This document shows positions 26,048-39,900 of a stretch of 64,000 bases of DNA, piece after piece. The notes beneath the pieces are model-generated. The model ran no database searches. It had not been told where the DNA came from and saw only the letters and a program-made list of their open reading frames with translations. This DNA comes from Mytilus californianus (Eukaryota). Numbering within the stretch: the stretch's first letter is position 1; every line of letters starts with the position of its first letter. The position numbers and the translations under genes are program-made. The DNA is taken from assembly GCF_021869535.1 (NCBI RefSeq), contig NW_026262707.1:124001-188000 (forward strand). The letters are read 5' to 3'.

Positions 26048-26649
26048 AATATATTCACAAGTAAATTATGAAACTTTTTACCTTACATAGTCTCACTTAT
26101 TAATACGCATTCCTCTCCTAGAAAGATAATGTCTTTCATTACTGTTTAAAGCCATTTTTAAGAGATTAGCTGGGCCTGGTTGTTAAATGTTGTTTTCTTG
26201 ACTTTTTTCTGTAATAAAATTGAGAATGGAAATGGGGAATGTGTCAAAAGAGACAACAACCCGACCAAAGAGCAGACAACAGCCGAAGGCCACCAATTGG
26301 TCTTCCATGCAGCGAGAAACTCCTGCACCGGAGGCGTGCTTTAGCTGGCCCATAAACAAAAATGTATACTAGTTCAGTGATAATGGACATAATACTAAAC
26401 TCCGAAATATACACAAGAAACTAAAATTCAAAATCATAAAAGACTAACAAAGGCCAGAAGCTCCCGACTTGGGACAGTAGAAAAATGCTGCGGGGTTAAA
26501 CATGTTTTCTGAGATCTCAACCCTCCCCTATACCTCTAGTCAATGTAGATAAAACAAACACACAACAATACGCACAGTGAAACTCAGTTCAAAAAAGGTC
26601 CGAGTCCGATGTCAGAATAGATAACAAAGGAAACTAAACAAAATGACAA

Positions 26650-27361
26650 TCTATACTGTTAAACGAGAAGACCTCATTTTGTGTGTCGCTTCTCTTCCTT
26701 CCCCAATAAATTAATCATCATGCCTCGGTGTCCTTTAGGTATCATGCATATTCGCATTTGTCATCCTCGCTTATGATTATTCAGTTTGGTTTATTTTGGG
26801 AGGAAAACGAAAATAAAGGCGTCCGGATATTGTTTCCGTCATCGGAATTCATTGAAAAGACTTCCGTTTAGGACTGCTATAAAATTACACATAATTTTCA
26901 TAAGTACTTGGGGACAGGACAATTATTTTCGCGTTTTTCTGTATACTATTTATACATATACTATAAATAAAGTGTATTTGTTATTTACTATGAATTCCAA
27001 GTTTACTATCAACGGCAGTACTCTCTATATAATATTTCAGTGACCGCCGTGGATAGTCTCCTAGTCTATATAATATATCAGTGACCGCCGTGGATAGTAA
27101 ACTTGGAATTGATAGTAAATAGCAAATATACTTTATTTAAAGTATATGTATGTTCATAGTATACAGAAAAAAAAAAAAAAAAAAACGGACTGTGGAAAAA
27201 GGGGGAGGGCTAAAAAAATTGTCCTGTCCCCAAGTACCGATGACTTTTGATACCTTTCCTAAAATTCTCTAGTCATAAATCTTTTACAAAAATTCATCCT
27301 ACAACAGTTTACATACTTTCAATTACGCTCGAATGCCCGCGATTTCGCGGGTGTGTTCTAG
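26650..27361 (+). mobile_element. Non-autonomous Helitron
   Basis: A|TCTATAC 5' end; 3' hairpin CCCGCGATTTCGCGGG (27336-27351) then CTAG|T; AT target with no TSD; second copy at 44660-45071. Confidence 0.85.
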
Positions 27362-27869
27362 TAATACATAAATTATCAAAGGTCTACTAGCAGTTTACTG
27401 CCTTGCCAGATCCAGACCCCAATTAAACCGATTGCAAGATTATGTCTTTACCATATGAATATTGAGTACAATCCCATCCGTTATGGGTTTAGTATTATTT
27501 CATCATAAAATATGAGACCATAACCTGTAGCATGCAAACAACTGGTTTTAGAATAAAAAAGCTTATTTCCGATGCAAAGACCCTATAAGTGAATCAATAT
27601 TAAAGCCAAAATATGCAATCTTTAATGACCTGACAACAGTATCGTAACTAATCCCTTCTTAATAAGTCTGTTTAAAGGTTTTGTTAGCTTTTGAGGTGAA
27701 TGCCGACAATGTTGTGCTTTGTAAAGAATATTACCATAAAAAATTGGATGCGAAATGCCTGAACGTATAAGATGTCTGCATGTTGAATTATATTTACGAA
27801 TGATGTCCTTGTACCGATGATAACATTTAGTAAATGTTTTGACTAGTTTGTGATATCGAAAACCCTGGT

Positions 27870-28562
27870 TGTAATGCCAAGAATATCATTAGAGTTATCC
27901 CTCTTTATACGCAACCTGCATTTTTGATAATTGTGGTTAATCCGACTTGTTTTTGTTTTACACATTGTTTTTACATTTCCTGCAGCATGGCTTGATAAAT
28001 TTTTGAACATAATTACGAAGAACATTATCATTCTCCTTGTCCCTTGGTGAATTACGATGTAAGTAATAATGCCATTATGTACTATATATTCTAGTTAAAG
28101 CTATTATTATGTTATTTGCGGTATAAGTCATGAGAAAGCATATATCCAAACAGCTTACATTCTACGAACGATGGCATTTGTGTAAATAATCATGTGTGAA
28201 CTTTGTAATATTTTATTTGTATGCGAAAACAGTATTATTTGGTATATTTCTAAGTCATATGTAATTTTTATGAAGACAGCAATTTTTGTACAACTCTAGT
28301 CAAGTCAGTTCAGTACATTCTCCCCCTTTTTTGTCAATTGTGTTTTTCATTGATTTGAGTGTTTTCAATCATAGATTTTTTGTATTTTATTACTACAGTT
28401 GGTAGTTAACAATGTTAGTTATTAGTTTTTATTTTTTATATTGTAGCTTTTCACCAAATGTATGTGGCTTCATGATCTGTCAGCTCCTGACGCATTGAAT
28501 GTTTAATTGAATAAAATGATCTACATATATATGGTTTAACTCTCTGCGCCCAAGGCAGAACA
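27870..28562 (+). repeat. BEL-B 5' LTR
   Basis: TGTAATGCC...GCAGAACA; no difference from the 3' LTR seen on manual comparison. Confidence 0.97.
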
Positions 28563-28580
28563 GTGAAAAGATCCATCAGC

Positions 28581-31500
28581 ATGGCGACAAGTGGTGATGG
28601 AGAGGAGGAAGGAAGGACAAAACATTTAACACCGAAAGCATATGAACAATACCTAGGTGAGGTTGATAAATATTCACAAGCATTAGCTACACTAAGCAGG
28701 GAAAATGACAGACTTATCTCTATTTTGCTATCCAATGAAGCAAGGCATGAGGAAATAGCTTCAGCAGCTGCCCAACTGGAAGAAACAACAAATAAATACA
28801 TTAACTTATCTGATTGTTATATAGATTATTTGAAACGTAAAAATACACTCGACAGTCAACGCGAACTCATAGCCCATCAGTTAATACGCAGTGTCAACAT
28901 GCATAAAACTGAAACTGCAATGAATTATTCTTTATCAAAGTTAAAACCTCATGAACCTACTCAAGCTTTCATACAAACAGGTGAACAGGTGAAAAAAGAC
29001 ACTACTACTCCAGTAACAGATGTTCAAATGAAACAAGAATTGAAAAAAGAACCTAATGTCAGCAACTCAGTTAGGAGCCATAGATCAAGCACATCTAGAC
29101 GATCAGGGCGTAGCAATGCTAGCTCTACAATGATGCGACAGAAAGCTAATTTAGAGGCAGCCAGAAAGAGGTTAGAGTATGTCGACCAAGAATCAACCCT
29201 TGTGCAACAGAAAGCACAACTAGAAGCGAACACTACTTTAGAAAAAGCGAAACTTGAGAAAATGACAAAAGAATTAGAAGCAAAACGTGACGTAGCAGTT
29301 GCAGAGGCTGAACTGCATGCTATGGAGGAAGTATTTGATGAATCAGACAGGGAAACAGAGGTTTCATCCCCATCGTTAACTGAACAACGAACGGCTAAGT
29401 ATATTATTGAGCAAAGTAAACATGTTAACAGGCAATACGAGGTTCACAACAGTGCAGCTGTTAACAACATAGACACACAAACTTCCTTACACAATGAGGA
29501 AAACATGAATGAAGAAACGCCGGTTCACTACAGTGCGCCAGCTGTGAACAACATTGACACACAAACTTTCTTACGCAATGACGAACACATGAATGAAGAA
29601 CTGCCTATACAGAGAACTGGAAAAATAGCAAGTCAAGTGTCAAGTGCAAATCAAATTGTGCAACAAATACATAAAGAGACAATTGAACAAATTCCTGATA
29701 CAAACAACAACAGAACATTAAGTCTAAACTATGGCCAGGAACTTTCAAAATTTTTGATGAAAAAGGACTTAATAATATCTAGACTTTTGAAATATGATGA
29801 CCGTCCAGAGAATTATTTATCATGGAAAGACACTTTTAAATGTGTAATGTCAGAAATCGACGCGAGTCCTGCTGAAGAAATTGACCTAATGATCAAATGG
29901 CTAGGACCTGACTCATCACGTCAAATTAACAGCATCAAAATTTCAAATTCAGGAAATCCAACTGTGGCATTATCACGTGCTTGGAACAGATTAGTTCTAC
30001 GTTATGGTTGCCCAGAAATGATCGAAAGTGCCCTGCAGAAAAAATTACAGGCTTTTCCAAAGATAACATATAAAGATAAGAAAAAATTGTTTGAACTTTC
30101 AGATGTATTATCAGAAATACGTTCAGTTAAAGAAAAACAAGAATATGCAGCACTACTAGCATATTTCGACACATCCGTCGGTGTGAATCCTACAATTGTC
30201 AAACTTCCTATTAACCTGCAAACTAAATGGCGAGATAGAGCAGTAACATACAAACGAATACATTCAGTTCTATATCCACCATTCACATACTTTTGTGACT
30301 TCATCAATGACATGGCTTCAACTATAAATGATCCTAGATTTATATTTGAAAGCGATACATATGTTGCCCCCAAGAACGAAGACAAACCATTTAAGACACG
30401 ACAATTTGCTGTTAAAAAGACAAATGTTTCACAAGACAAACATGAACCACACGCCAATGAAAACTCTAAAATGCGTTGCGCCATACATAATAGCGATCAC
30501 TTACTGGATGAGTGCCGTGCTTTTAGACACATGAGTATTGTAGATAGGAGAGCTCTACTGAAGAAAAATGGTTTGTGTTTTAAATGTTGTGTTGGGAGAC
30601 ACATTTTTCGCAATTGTGACAAGAATGTTTTATGTTCTGAATGCAAAAGTACTGATCACACAGCGGCTATGCACATTTACGCAAGTCAGGATAGAGTCCA
30701 GAAACCCAACAACAGTCAAGGCGGGGAGAGTTCTGTTAACTCGAAATGTACTCAAATTTGTGGAAATACATTTGCAGGAAAATCATGTGCAAAAATTGTG
30801 TTGGTTAATGTAAGACATACAACAATGGATAAACAGCCAATCCGTACTTATGCAATCATAGACGAACAAAGCAACTGTTCATTAGCAAGGAAAGAGTTAT
30901 TAGACTATTTTGAGGTGAATACTGAACCAGAACAATATTCACTTGCTAGTTGTAGTGGTCAGTTTACTATGACCGGTAGGAGAACAAAGGGTTTCATAAT
31001 TGAATCGCTTGAAGACAATTACTGCATAGATCTCCCAACTTTAATTGAGTGTGACTCAATACCAAATAATAGACAAGAAATTCCGACAAATGAAATTGCT
31101 CAAGCTCATCCTCATTTGCAATCTATTGCACACATGATACCGCACCTTGATAAGGATGCTGAAATTTTACTCCTTATAGGGAGAGATGCAGTGGAAGCTC
31201 ATCACATACTGGAACAAAGGCTAGGAAGTCATAATCAACCATTTGCTCAGAAGCTCAAGATGGGATGGGTTATTGTAGGCGAGACTTGTCTGGATGGAGC
31301 GCATTACCCTAGCACTGTCAATGCTATGAAAACTTTTGTACAACAAGATGGGAGGCCATCAATATTTGAACCATGTGACAATAGTATTCATATTTCAGAA
31401 AAATTATCAACGTCTTTGTTTAAACTTGAGCCTGATGACAACCGCCAAGGTATGTCAATTGAAGACAAAAAGTTTATGCGCTTAATGTCAGATGAAATAC

Positions 31501-32778
31501 AACAAGATGAAAATCAAAACTGGACTGCTCCACTTCCCTTCAAGAAATCACGTCTGTTACTACCAAATAATCGTCTACAAGCTCTAAATCGAGCAAGAGC
31601 CTTTGATATAAGTTTGCGTAAAGATCCTGTTAAAAAACAACATGTCTTAGACTTCATGAAAACTCTTTTTGACAATAATCATGCTGAACGAGCACAAAAT
31701 ACAGAGACTCCGAAAGAAATGTGGTATCTTCCTATGTTTGGGGTGTATCATCCGAAAAAGAAGGATCGCATTAGAGTTGTTTTTGACTCATCCGCTAAAT
31801 TTCAAGGAACTTCTCTAAACGACGTATTGATGACAGGACCAAACCTTGTTAACAGCTTGCTTGGAGTTTTATTGAGGTTTCGGAAGGATAAAATTGCAAT
31901 TACAGCAGACATTCGACAGATGTTCTATAGTTTCAATGTAACGCCAGAGCATAGAGATTTTCTTAGATTCATATGGCATGAAGGCAATGATATGGAGAAA
32001 GATTTAGTGGACTATAGAATGGCTGTTCATGTGTTTGGAAACAGCCCTTCTCCAGCTGTCGCAACCTTTGGCTTACGTAAAACCGCTGAAATGGCAGAGT
32101 CAAAATATGGATCAGATGTAGTAACCTATGTAAATAATAACTTTTATGTGGATGATGCACTGTCTTCTCATTCAAACAGTGACAAGGCAGTAGACTTGTT
32201 AAAAAGAACTCAATCTGCATTGCAAGAATTCGGCAATTTACGCCTGCATAAAATATCTTCAAATTCGAATGAAGTTCTGGCAGCATTCGAAAAAGACGAT
32301 TTATCTGAAGATTTGAAAAATCTTGACTTTAGTGACGATTGTCTTCCTGTACAGCGTAGTCTTGGGGTCAGTTGGAATCTTCAGTCGGATAACTTTACCT
32401 TTCAAGTATCATTAGACAATAAACCATTTACTAGACGTGGTGTACTTTCAGTTATCAATGGACTGTACGATCCATTAGGTTTTGCGGCACCAGTAACCAT
32501 TGCTGGAAAACTTATTCTTCGTGAAACTATGAAAGAATCCACTGAATGGGACGAACCATTACCTCCGCAATTTCAGTCGAAATGGCAATCTTGGAAAGAT
32601 TCTCTTCAACTTCTCCAACAAGTGGAGATACCTAGAAACTACAGTTCAGACTGGACACTTAACAAGGACCTCTGTATATTTTCTGATTCATCTGAAAAAG
32701 CTGTTGCGGCAGTTGCCTACATACGAACTACTGATAAGAATGGAACAACACATCTTGGATTTGTACTAGGAAAAGCTA
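28581..32778 (+). CDS. BEL-B gag-protease-RT-RNaseH(N), 5' part of interrupted polyprotein
   Basis: Open frame from ATG 28581 with CFKCCVGRH/CSEC knuckles, AIIDEQS, FYVDD, IFSDSS; ends at ...LGKA at the insertion site. Confidence 0.93.
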
Positions 32779-33762
32779 CGCGGGACTGTTAAGGCATTTT
32801 TGGACATTTTTTCCCGGATTTTTTACCAAGCGGAGATAACTCCATGTTCCTTATTATTATTCATGACGTCATCAATGCACACTGAGCGTCGCAAGGAAAG
32901 ATTTCGTTATATGGTAAATACAGACGATGCATTGTTGTCAAAAGTATTTCGATATGGTGTATAATTATTTAAGGTACTATGATTTGCCATACTAATTACA
33001 TTTATAAGTAAAGTTTATTTATCTTAGCAGTTTTTCTATCGCGGACTTGGCCCCGCCTATTCAGACTAAACGACCAATCAAAATCTCCTCGAGGTCTTTT
33101 GGATGCTTGTATTCTGAATGTTGAGGGCACCTGTTTGTTCAACGAGTAAAGTGACTTTTCCTAGAAAAACCTGAAATAAACTGTAGAATTATGTTTCTTT
33201 GGGCAAGAAAAGTGATTGTTAGGACATTTATGATCGCATGCATCAAGTAAGTCAAATAATAATGGAGAAAATACCTCTATTAGCGGATATATTGGTGTCA
33301 GAATGTCAATTTTTGACCAGAACACGTGCTTCTATCCTGTTGGTCGTGTCGCCTGCCTTAAATCCGTTGAATTAGCGATGCCTGTCAAGAGGATATTTAA
33401 TTTATCATTTCTTTAGTTTGATGATTTGCTATCTATTGCGAAAACCTGTCATATATATTCATAATAAAATTGCGCCTGAAAAAATTGCAGTTGAAATGAC
33501 CATTAATTGGCATTTCAAATACGAAGTATCTCCAGACATATGAAAATTTAAATACAGAATTCTTCAACTTTTGTGGCAGGCTATAAACTGAATAAGTACA
33601 GCTGTTCGGTGCATCTCTCTGTTTGCACAGGAATCTGAAATGTTATTAAAATCAAGGTGACACACATGCAGATGCACAGTGATTGGCTACTAAAATTTAC
33701 TGTCTATAATTTCATAATTCCTGTGTATTAACTTTTTAATTATTTTTTCTAAGTTATACTAA

Positions 33763-34266
33763 GGCCACACCAATTTGATTTCTTGTTTTACGGAGTTTTG
33801 ACCTCCAAAAATTGGGGCGAGCGAGCGATTTGAAAATTTTTGTAAAAAAATATTTAATCTGAAAATTTTTGAGCCGAAGGTTGAAAAGTAAAGGCGAGCG
33901 ATTATATTTTTATTTTTAAAAACTTAAAATAGTAGGTTTTTACAATATTAAAACTTGATTTATCACTTGTACTCTGACATTTCTTTTGTTTATGAAGTGT
34001 TTTTTCCCTGTTCACCAAGATATAATTGAATAATTAGATGGTGTATGTGTGCCAATAAGACTTCTCCATCCATGTCATAATCAGGTTGGGAACAACCCCT
34101 ATGTTATTAATATCCCATTTATAAAGGGGTCAATATAAGTTATAATATTTTTTTTGTTAAACACTTTTTAGTACTAAAGGGCTCATATTTTCCAAAAGAA
34201 TTATATATAATTAAAAAAAATTGGTGCGGGCGGGTCCGTCGAACAAGTAATTAAATTGGTGAGGCC
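33763..34266. mobile_element. PIF/Harbinger-type MITE
   Basis: TAA TSD both sides; TIR GGCCACACCAATTT / AAATTGGTGAGGCC. A related, more decayed element lies at ~41283-41738. Confidence 0.75.
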
Positions 34267-34399
34267 TAAACATCAAATGACCAAAAAAACACTGCACAAG
34301 TTGCAATATTTTAACTAAGGCTCCCTGTTTTTGTTGCAGAAGCTGTGAAACCCCAGCTCAATCATGATTCATTATATATATAAGTCTTAGTCAAATAAC

Positions 34400-34500
34400 T
34401 ATGACGTCTTTAAAGGCTATTATATTTTTTTTGCTTTGACGCCTTACGTCGCAGGAAGGCGTCAAAGCAAAAATTTAAAATAGCCTTCAAAGACGTTATA
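34400..34500. repeat. Near-perfect 45-bp-arm inverted repeat (10-nt loop)
   Basis: 34400-34445 pairs with 34456-34500 with a few mismatches; weaker outer pairing extends to ~34387/34523. Confidence 0.85.
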
Positions 34501-36921
34501 ACTATCATGACTATTTGGACTAGATTAGGTCCTGATGTTATTTTTGTTTGTTTGTGGACCATAGATGTTGTGCACTACAATAAAAAAAAAACCACAGGGG
34601 CTTTAGAAGAGCTACATGTACTTTTCTGCAGCTATTACAGTCTGTACTGTAATCTAATTAAAGTTAATTTTCATAAACTATGAAGAATCGGAAGAAAAAA
34701 GCCCTATGTTAACTGATAAGTTGTTACTTGATATATCCCTTTAATTTCTATTTGATACATTTGGCTATTTGTATGTTATAATTGGCCTTATACATATGTT
34801 ATCTAAAGTTGCTATGCCGCAAAAGTATCACAAATTTTCAATCTGGGGGCATGTCCCTAATTCTTTTTTTGTTGTTTGTCTGTCTCTGGGTTTTTATATT
34901 TTACATGCACTTGCAGATGTGCCAAATTTTCAACAAATGCATGAAATTCAGCAAAAATTGCAAGATTATAGAGAAAATCATAGATCACAGAAAATAATTA
35001 GATGACAATGCATGAACTTTGGGCAAAATACATGATTTTGGCAGTTTTGCACCTGTCCTAAGTCTGGAAGGAGACATGGGTGGGCTGGGTAAGTTAGTTC
35101 TTGAACTAACAAAATCCATCTGAAGTCCAATAAAACAAATTGGAACAGAGTTCAGAACAAGTTCCATATGTTTCTGAAAAATATTAGGTGCAGACAGAAT
35201 TTATCAAAGTACTGAAGTACTGAACATTGGATGACCGCAAGTTCTTGTGGATGGTCAACAGCAGAAAAAACTCCCATCTCTTTAAAACAACTCTACCGAA
35301 AACTGACACATTCTTGTTTAGTTAACTCGGTCCTGTCTTTTTTTACAAGTTTATCCTGGATTTTTTTTTGCCCAGTCGCTCATTCTGTTTTGTTTTTTTT
35401 ACTTGAAACTCATGTCCTGGATTCTTTTACTCAAAATTCCTGTCCTGCCACTTTTTTTTAAAATTTCATCGCTTATGTTGCTACAAAAACCTAGCATGTT
35501 TAACTACAACACATTATGTATGTATGTGCCTGTCCTATATAAGTCAGGATAGTGTGTTGTCGTTTGTTGCTGTGTTACATATTCATATTTGTTTTTTATT
35601 CATTTTTTTGTGCATTAATTAGGCCATTACTTTTCTTGTTTGAAGACAAGTGGTTTACATTTGTCATTTCGAGGCCTTTTATAGATTACTATGCAGTATG
35701 GGTTTTGCTCATTGTTGAAGGCTGTATGGTGACCTATAGTTGTTATTGATTTCTGTGTCATTTAACTTTGGTCTCTTGTGAAGGGTTGTCTCATTGGCAA
35801 TCACACCACATCTTTTTTATATACATTTGTATTTCCAAATTTTCAATAAATTAAAACAACACAATTTTCAGTGGCAATATATTTATGATATGATTATGAA
35901 TGTATTAGAATAAACAAATTTTTCATGTACATAAAAGTCTTAAAATGTTTAAAATCTTTATTCTTTGTTAAATTTTCTGCATTTGACAAATTTGAGAAAA
36001 ATATATAATTGTAATCCTTAGCATGTAAGTAAGTGTGTAAGCAAAAATCCAGAATTCATAATATATTAAGACAAAGTAGTATAGAAAATATTCCATTTAA
36101 CCTATATGTTTTCATTCTTTATTAATAAAAAATAAATGATTAGGTAGATAAGCTTGACATCCATTTTGACAATGTAACTGGTTAAATATTAATATTGCAC
36201 ATGTAATTGCAAAATTTGTTACTGTAACTGGAAACCTATTAAACAGTTCAAAGTAGATGGATACAGATCAAATAACTCAAAAGTACCTAAATTGTGCACA
36301 CCTTTAACTGCCACCTTAATATTTCCCTGTCACCATAACTGAACATAACTTATTCTCATTTATTGTTATGCAATTGTCTATATTTAAATACCATCCATTG
36401 TTAAAACCACATGTTTTTTGTTGAGAGGAAGCTCACAGAAATGGTATTTACATTTTTTCACTAACATTATCTTTATTACATAAACTCAAACTTCATAAAA
36501 CCTTCAAAGTATACAAACACTTGGTTTCAATGTTGACCTTTTATTTTTGTCAAGTGACTACTGTTAGTTTTTGAAATGAAGATAAAAAAAACTAAGTAAC
36601 GTTAGTGTTTGGTTGCCAACAAATAACATTTTGCTTGAAAAGTTTTGATGGTTTAACTACCATATACATTGTACATGTATATACATCAACATGTAAAATA
36701 GATATTGAAGCAGTCCAATGAAAGTTCAATAAAAACAAGATTTTCATTTTGAATTGCTTTCTCTTTCATTGAAATAACATACATGTAACATTCAGCTTAT
36801 TAATATGAGTTTCAAAAAAAGAAAAACCCAATAATCCTTCCAAATCTAGGATAAATTTATCACCACAACAAGGTGATCACCATTTGAATTCAGTAAAAAT
36901 GGAAACCCGACCAAAATTGAG

Positions 36922-39900
36922 TTAAAAGAAATATATTTTCCATTTTTTCAAAAGAATTTCTGCTTTTTTTAGTTTACCAGATATCTTAGGATTTAATTTT
37001 GATTCTAAAAAGACTTTCTTTAGTGTATTATGTTCTTTTGAAATTGCAGTTTGTAATTTAGCCATAGCAATGTCTAAGGAAGATTGAAATGATCTGTTGC
37101 CTGGATATTTTTCGAGACGAATTTGATATTTGATGACATCTATAATTTCTCTATTCTCATCACCTAACAGATCTTTGCAAAAGTCCATCTCTGTTTTAGG
37201 CTTTTGAACATCTGCCATCACTGTAAGTAAAATACAGTTATATGTAGGAAATGCATTTATTTGAAATACAGGTGAAATTCTTCAGAACTATATTAAAAAA
37301 ATCCTACTTAAGTTCTAGTAACTAATTTACTCTTTAAATATTTTAAGACCAAAAACAAGGATTTAAAGTTCTATAGAGATTTTCATATCAGGCAGAATGA
37401 ACTATTTTTTAAAACATAAAAGTTCATTCTAATACATTGAACTTTGTTGTAACATAGGGTACTTGGTCAAATCATGACACACTGGTTTACAGTTTACATC
37501 TATTACTTGTCATAGATATTCTTAACTTTTGGAACCAGGTTAAGTAATTTCATTGGTGTGATGACAACAATATTTAAGGACCTCAGAGATTAAAGGTAGC
37601 TAGATGATTTGATCATAATGAAGTACATTGTATCAACAAAATGTTAATCAAATGATTTATAATGAAACCTCCCAAAAAAGCAGAAAAATGAAAATAGATG
37701 AACGGCCGGAAAAATTGATTCCAGAGGGTCCCAGATGTCAGTCCTGTGTCCTCTTTTTAATTGTATTTTTTTGCCCAGTTATTTTTTTGTTTATGACTAT
37801 TGAACAGCAGTATACTATTGTTGCCTATATTCCTGTGTCTTGGGGATAAAAGTATGAAGTACATCGGAGTATCCCAAACTCTGTCTGTCTGACAAAATGT
37901 CAGACAAAAAGCCATTCAGTCGATGTCAGACAGAAATTTTCAGAATTTTTAGTTGAATATATAGTAGAAAAATGTCAAATTTCTTTTTCGGTCAGACAAA
38001 CCCTAAAACAGTTTGACACAGACTGGTACATGCACATGTACAGTAGATACAAATGTAGTAATAATTATGATATTAATGTCAATTAAAAAGTGCTCATCAT
38101 TTAAATTTTCAAATATGATGAAAAAAAAAGTAGTCCTGTCATTAATTTTTGTAGAGCCTGCGACTTTTGTCGCAGAAAGCTCAACATCAGGATAGTAATC
38201 CGGCGGCGGCGGCTATGGTGGCGTTAGCTAACTACTTAAAAGCTTTATATTTTAGAAGCTAGAAGACCTGGATGCTTCAAACTTTGTATATAGATGCCTT
38301 ATGTTACGAAGTTTCCGTCTGTCATATGTCCATTGTCCTTGACCTCATTTTCATGGTTCAGTGACTACTTGAAAAAAAAGTCAACTTTTTTTGTAATGTT
38401 AATTTCTCTCTTATCTAGTATGTGTGTATCTTGCAAGGTCCTCATGCCCGTCAGACAATTTTCATTTGACCTCGACCTCATTTCATGGATCAGTGAACAA
38501 GGTTAAGTTTTCGTGGTCAAGTCCATATATCAGATACTATAAGCTGAAGGTCTACTATATTTGGTAAACAGAATGATGGTAAGGTGTCATCTGACCTTGA
38601 CCTCATTTTCATGGTTCAGTGGTCAAAGTTAAGTTTTTGAGTTTTGATCTTTTTTTCTAATACTATATGCAATAGGTTAACTATAAATGGTGTATGGAAA
38701 TATTTTATGATGTACATGTCAGTCTCACAGGTTTTATTTGACCTTGACCTCATTTTCACGGTTCATTTCTCAGTGTTACGTTTTTGTGTTTTGGTCTATT
38801 TTTCTTCAACTATAAGCAATAGATCAACTTTATTTGATGTATGGAAGGATTGTAAGGTGTACATGTCAGTCTGGCAGGTACATTGTATCATCTGAAAATG
38901 ACCTCATTTTCATGGTTCAGTTTGTTTCTTAGATACTATAAGCAATAGGTCAACTATATTTAATGCCTAAATTGATTGTAAGGTGTACATGCCTGTCTGG
39001 CATGGTTCATCTTACCTTGACCTCATTTTCATGGTTCATTGGTCAATGTTAAGTTTTCATGTTTAAGACTATTTCTTAGAAACAATAAGCAATAGGTCAA
39101 CTATGTTTGGTTTATTGAATGATTGTAAGGTGTACATGTATTTCTCGTTTGGTTTATCTGACCTTGACCTCATTTTCTTGGATCATGTTAAGTTTATGTG
39201 TTACTTGTAGTAAAGCTTTGTATTTAGGACTATCAACATAAAATCAATGGTTAGTAAAGAAGGCGAGACATTTCAGCGTGTGCACTCTTGTTACATTGTT
39301 TTATGCATTTAGAATTTCAAATGCAAGATTATTATTGACGAAAGGAATACATTTTTGTAACATATTTTTATTGATTACAACATGTATAAATGGTTAAATT
39401 TACCTTTACTTGAATCTAATACATATTGATGGACCATATTCATTTTGTCAATTTGTCCAAGTTCTATCAAAACCCTTTTATTACTTTTACCTGAAAGTAA
39501 AACATCACATTATTCAAGTTTTGAGAGGCTATTCGTTTTATTATTTATTTATACATGTAGGTACAAAAGACAATCCGATTTGTTTCTGAATTCTCCAACC
39601 ATGGAAATCATATACGATACTTGAAAATTACAGCATCTTTTCAGTCGGTAAGTAAATTCTTATTAGTCCCCTACCATTGACGTTGAAGGGGACTTTAGGT
39701 TTACACTCTGTCCGTCCGTCTGTCTATACGTCCACCCTGCAAATCAGCTTTCCACACTTTTTTTTGTCATTGAGTATGTTGGTTTGATATTTGGTATATA
39801 GTATAACCATGGCAGGTTACAGATCAAGTGCTAATTATGTTCAAGTCTGCTGATTTACAGATTAAGATTATGTTTTGTTCTGCTCGGCTGATTTTTGCTA

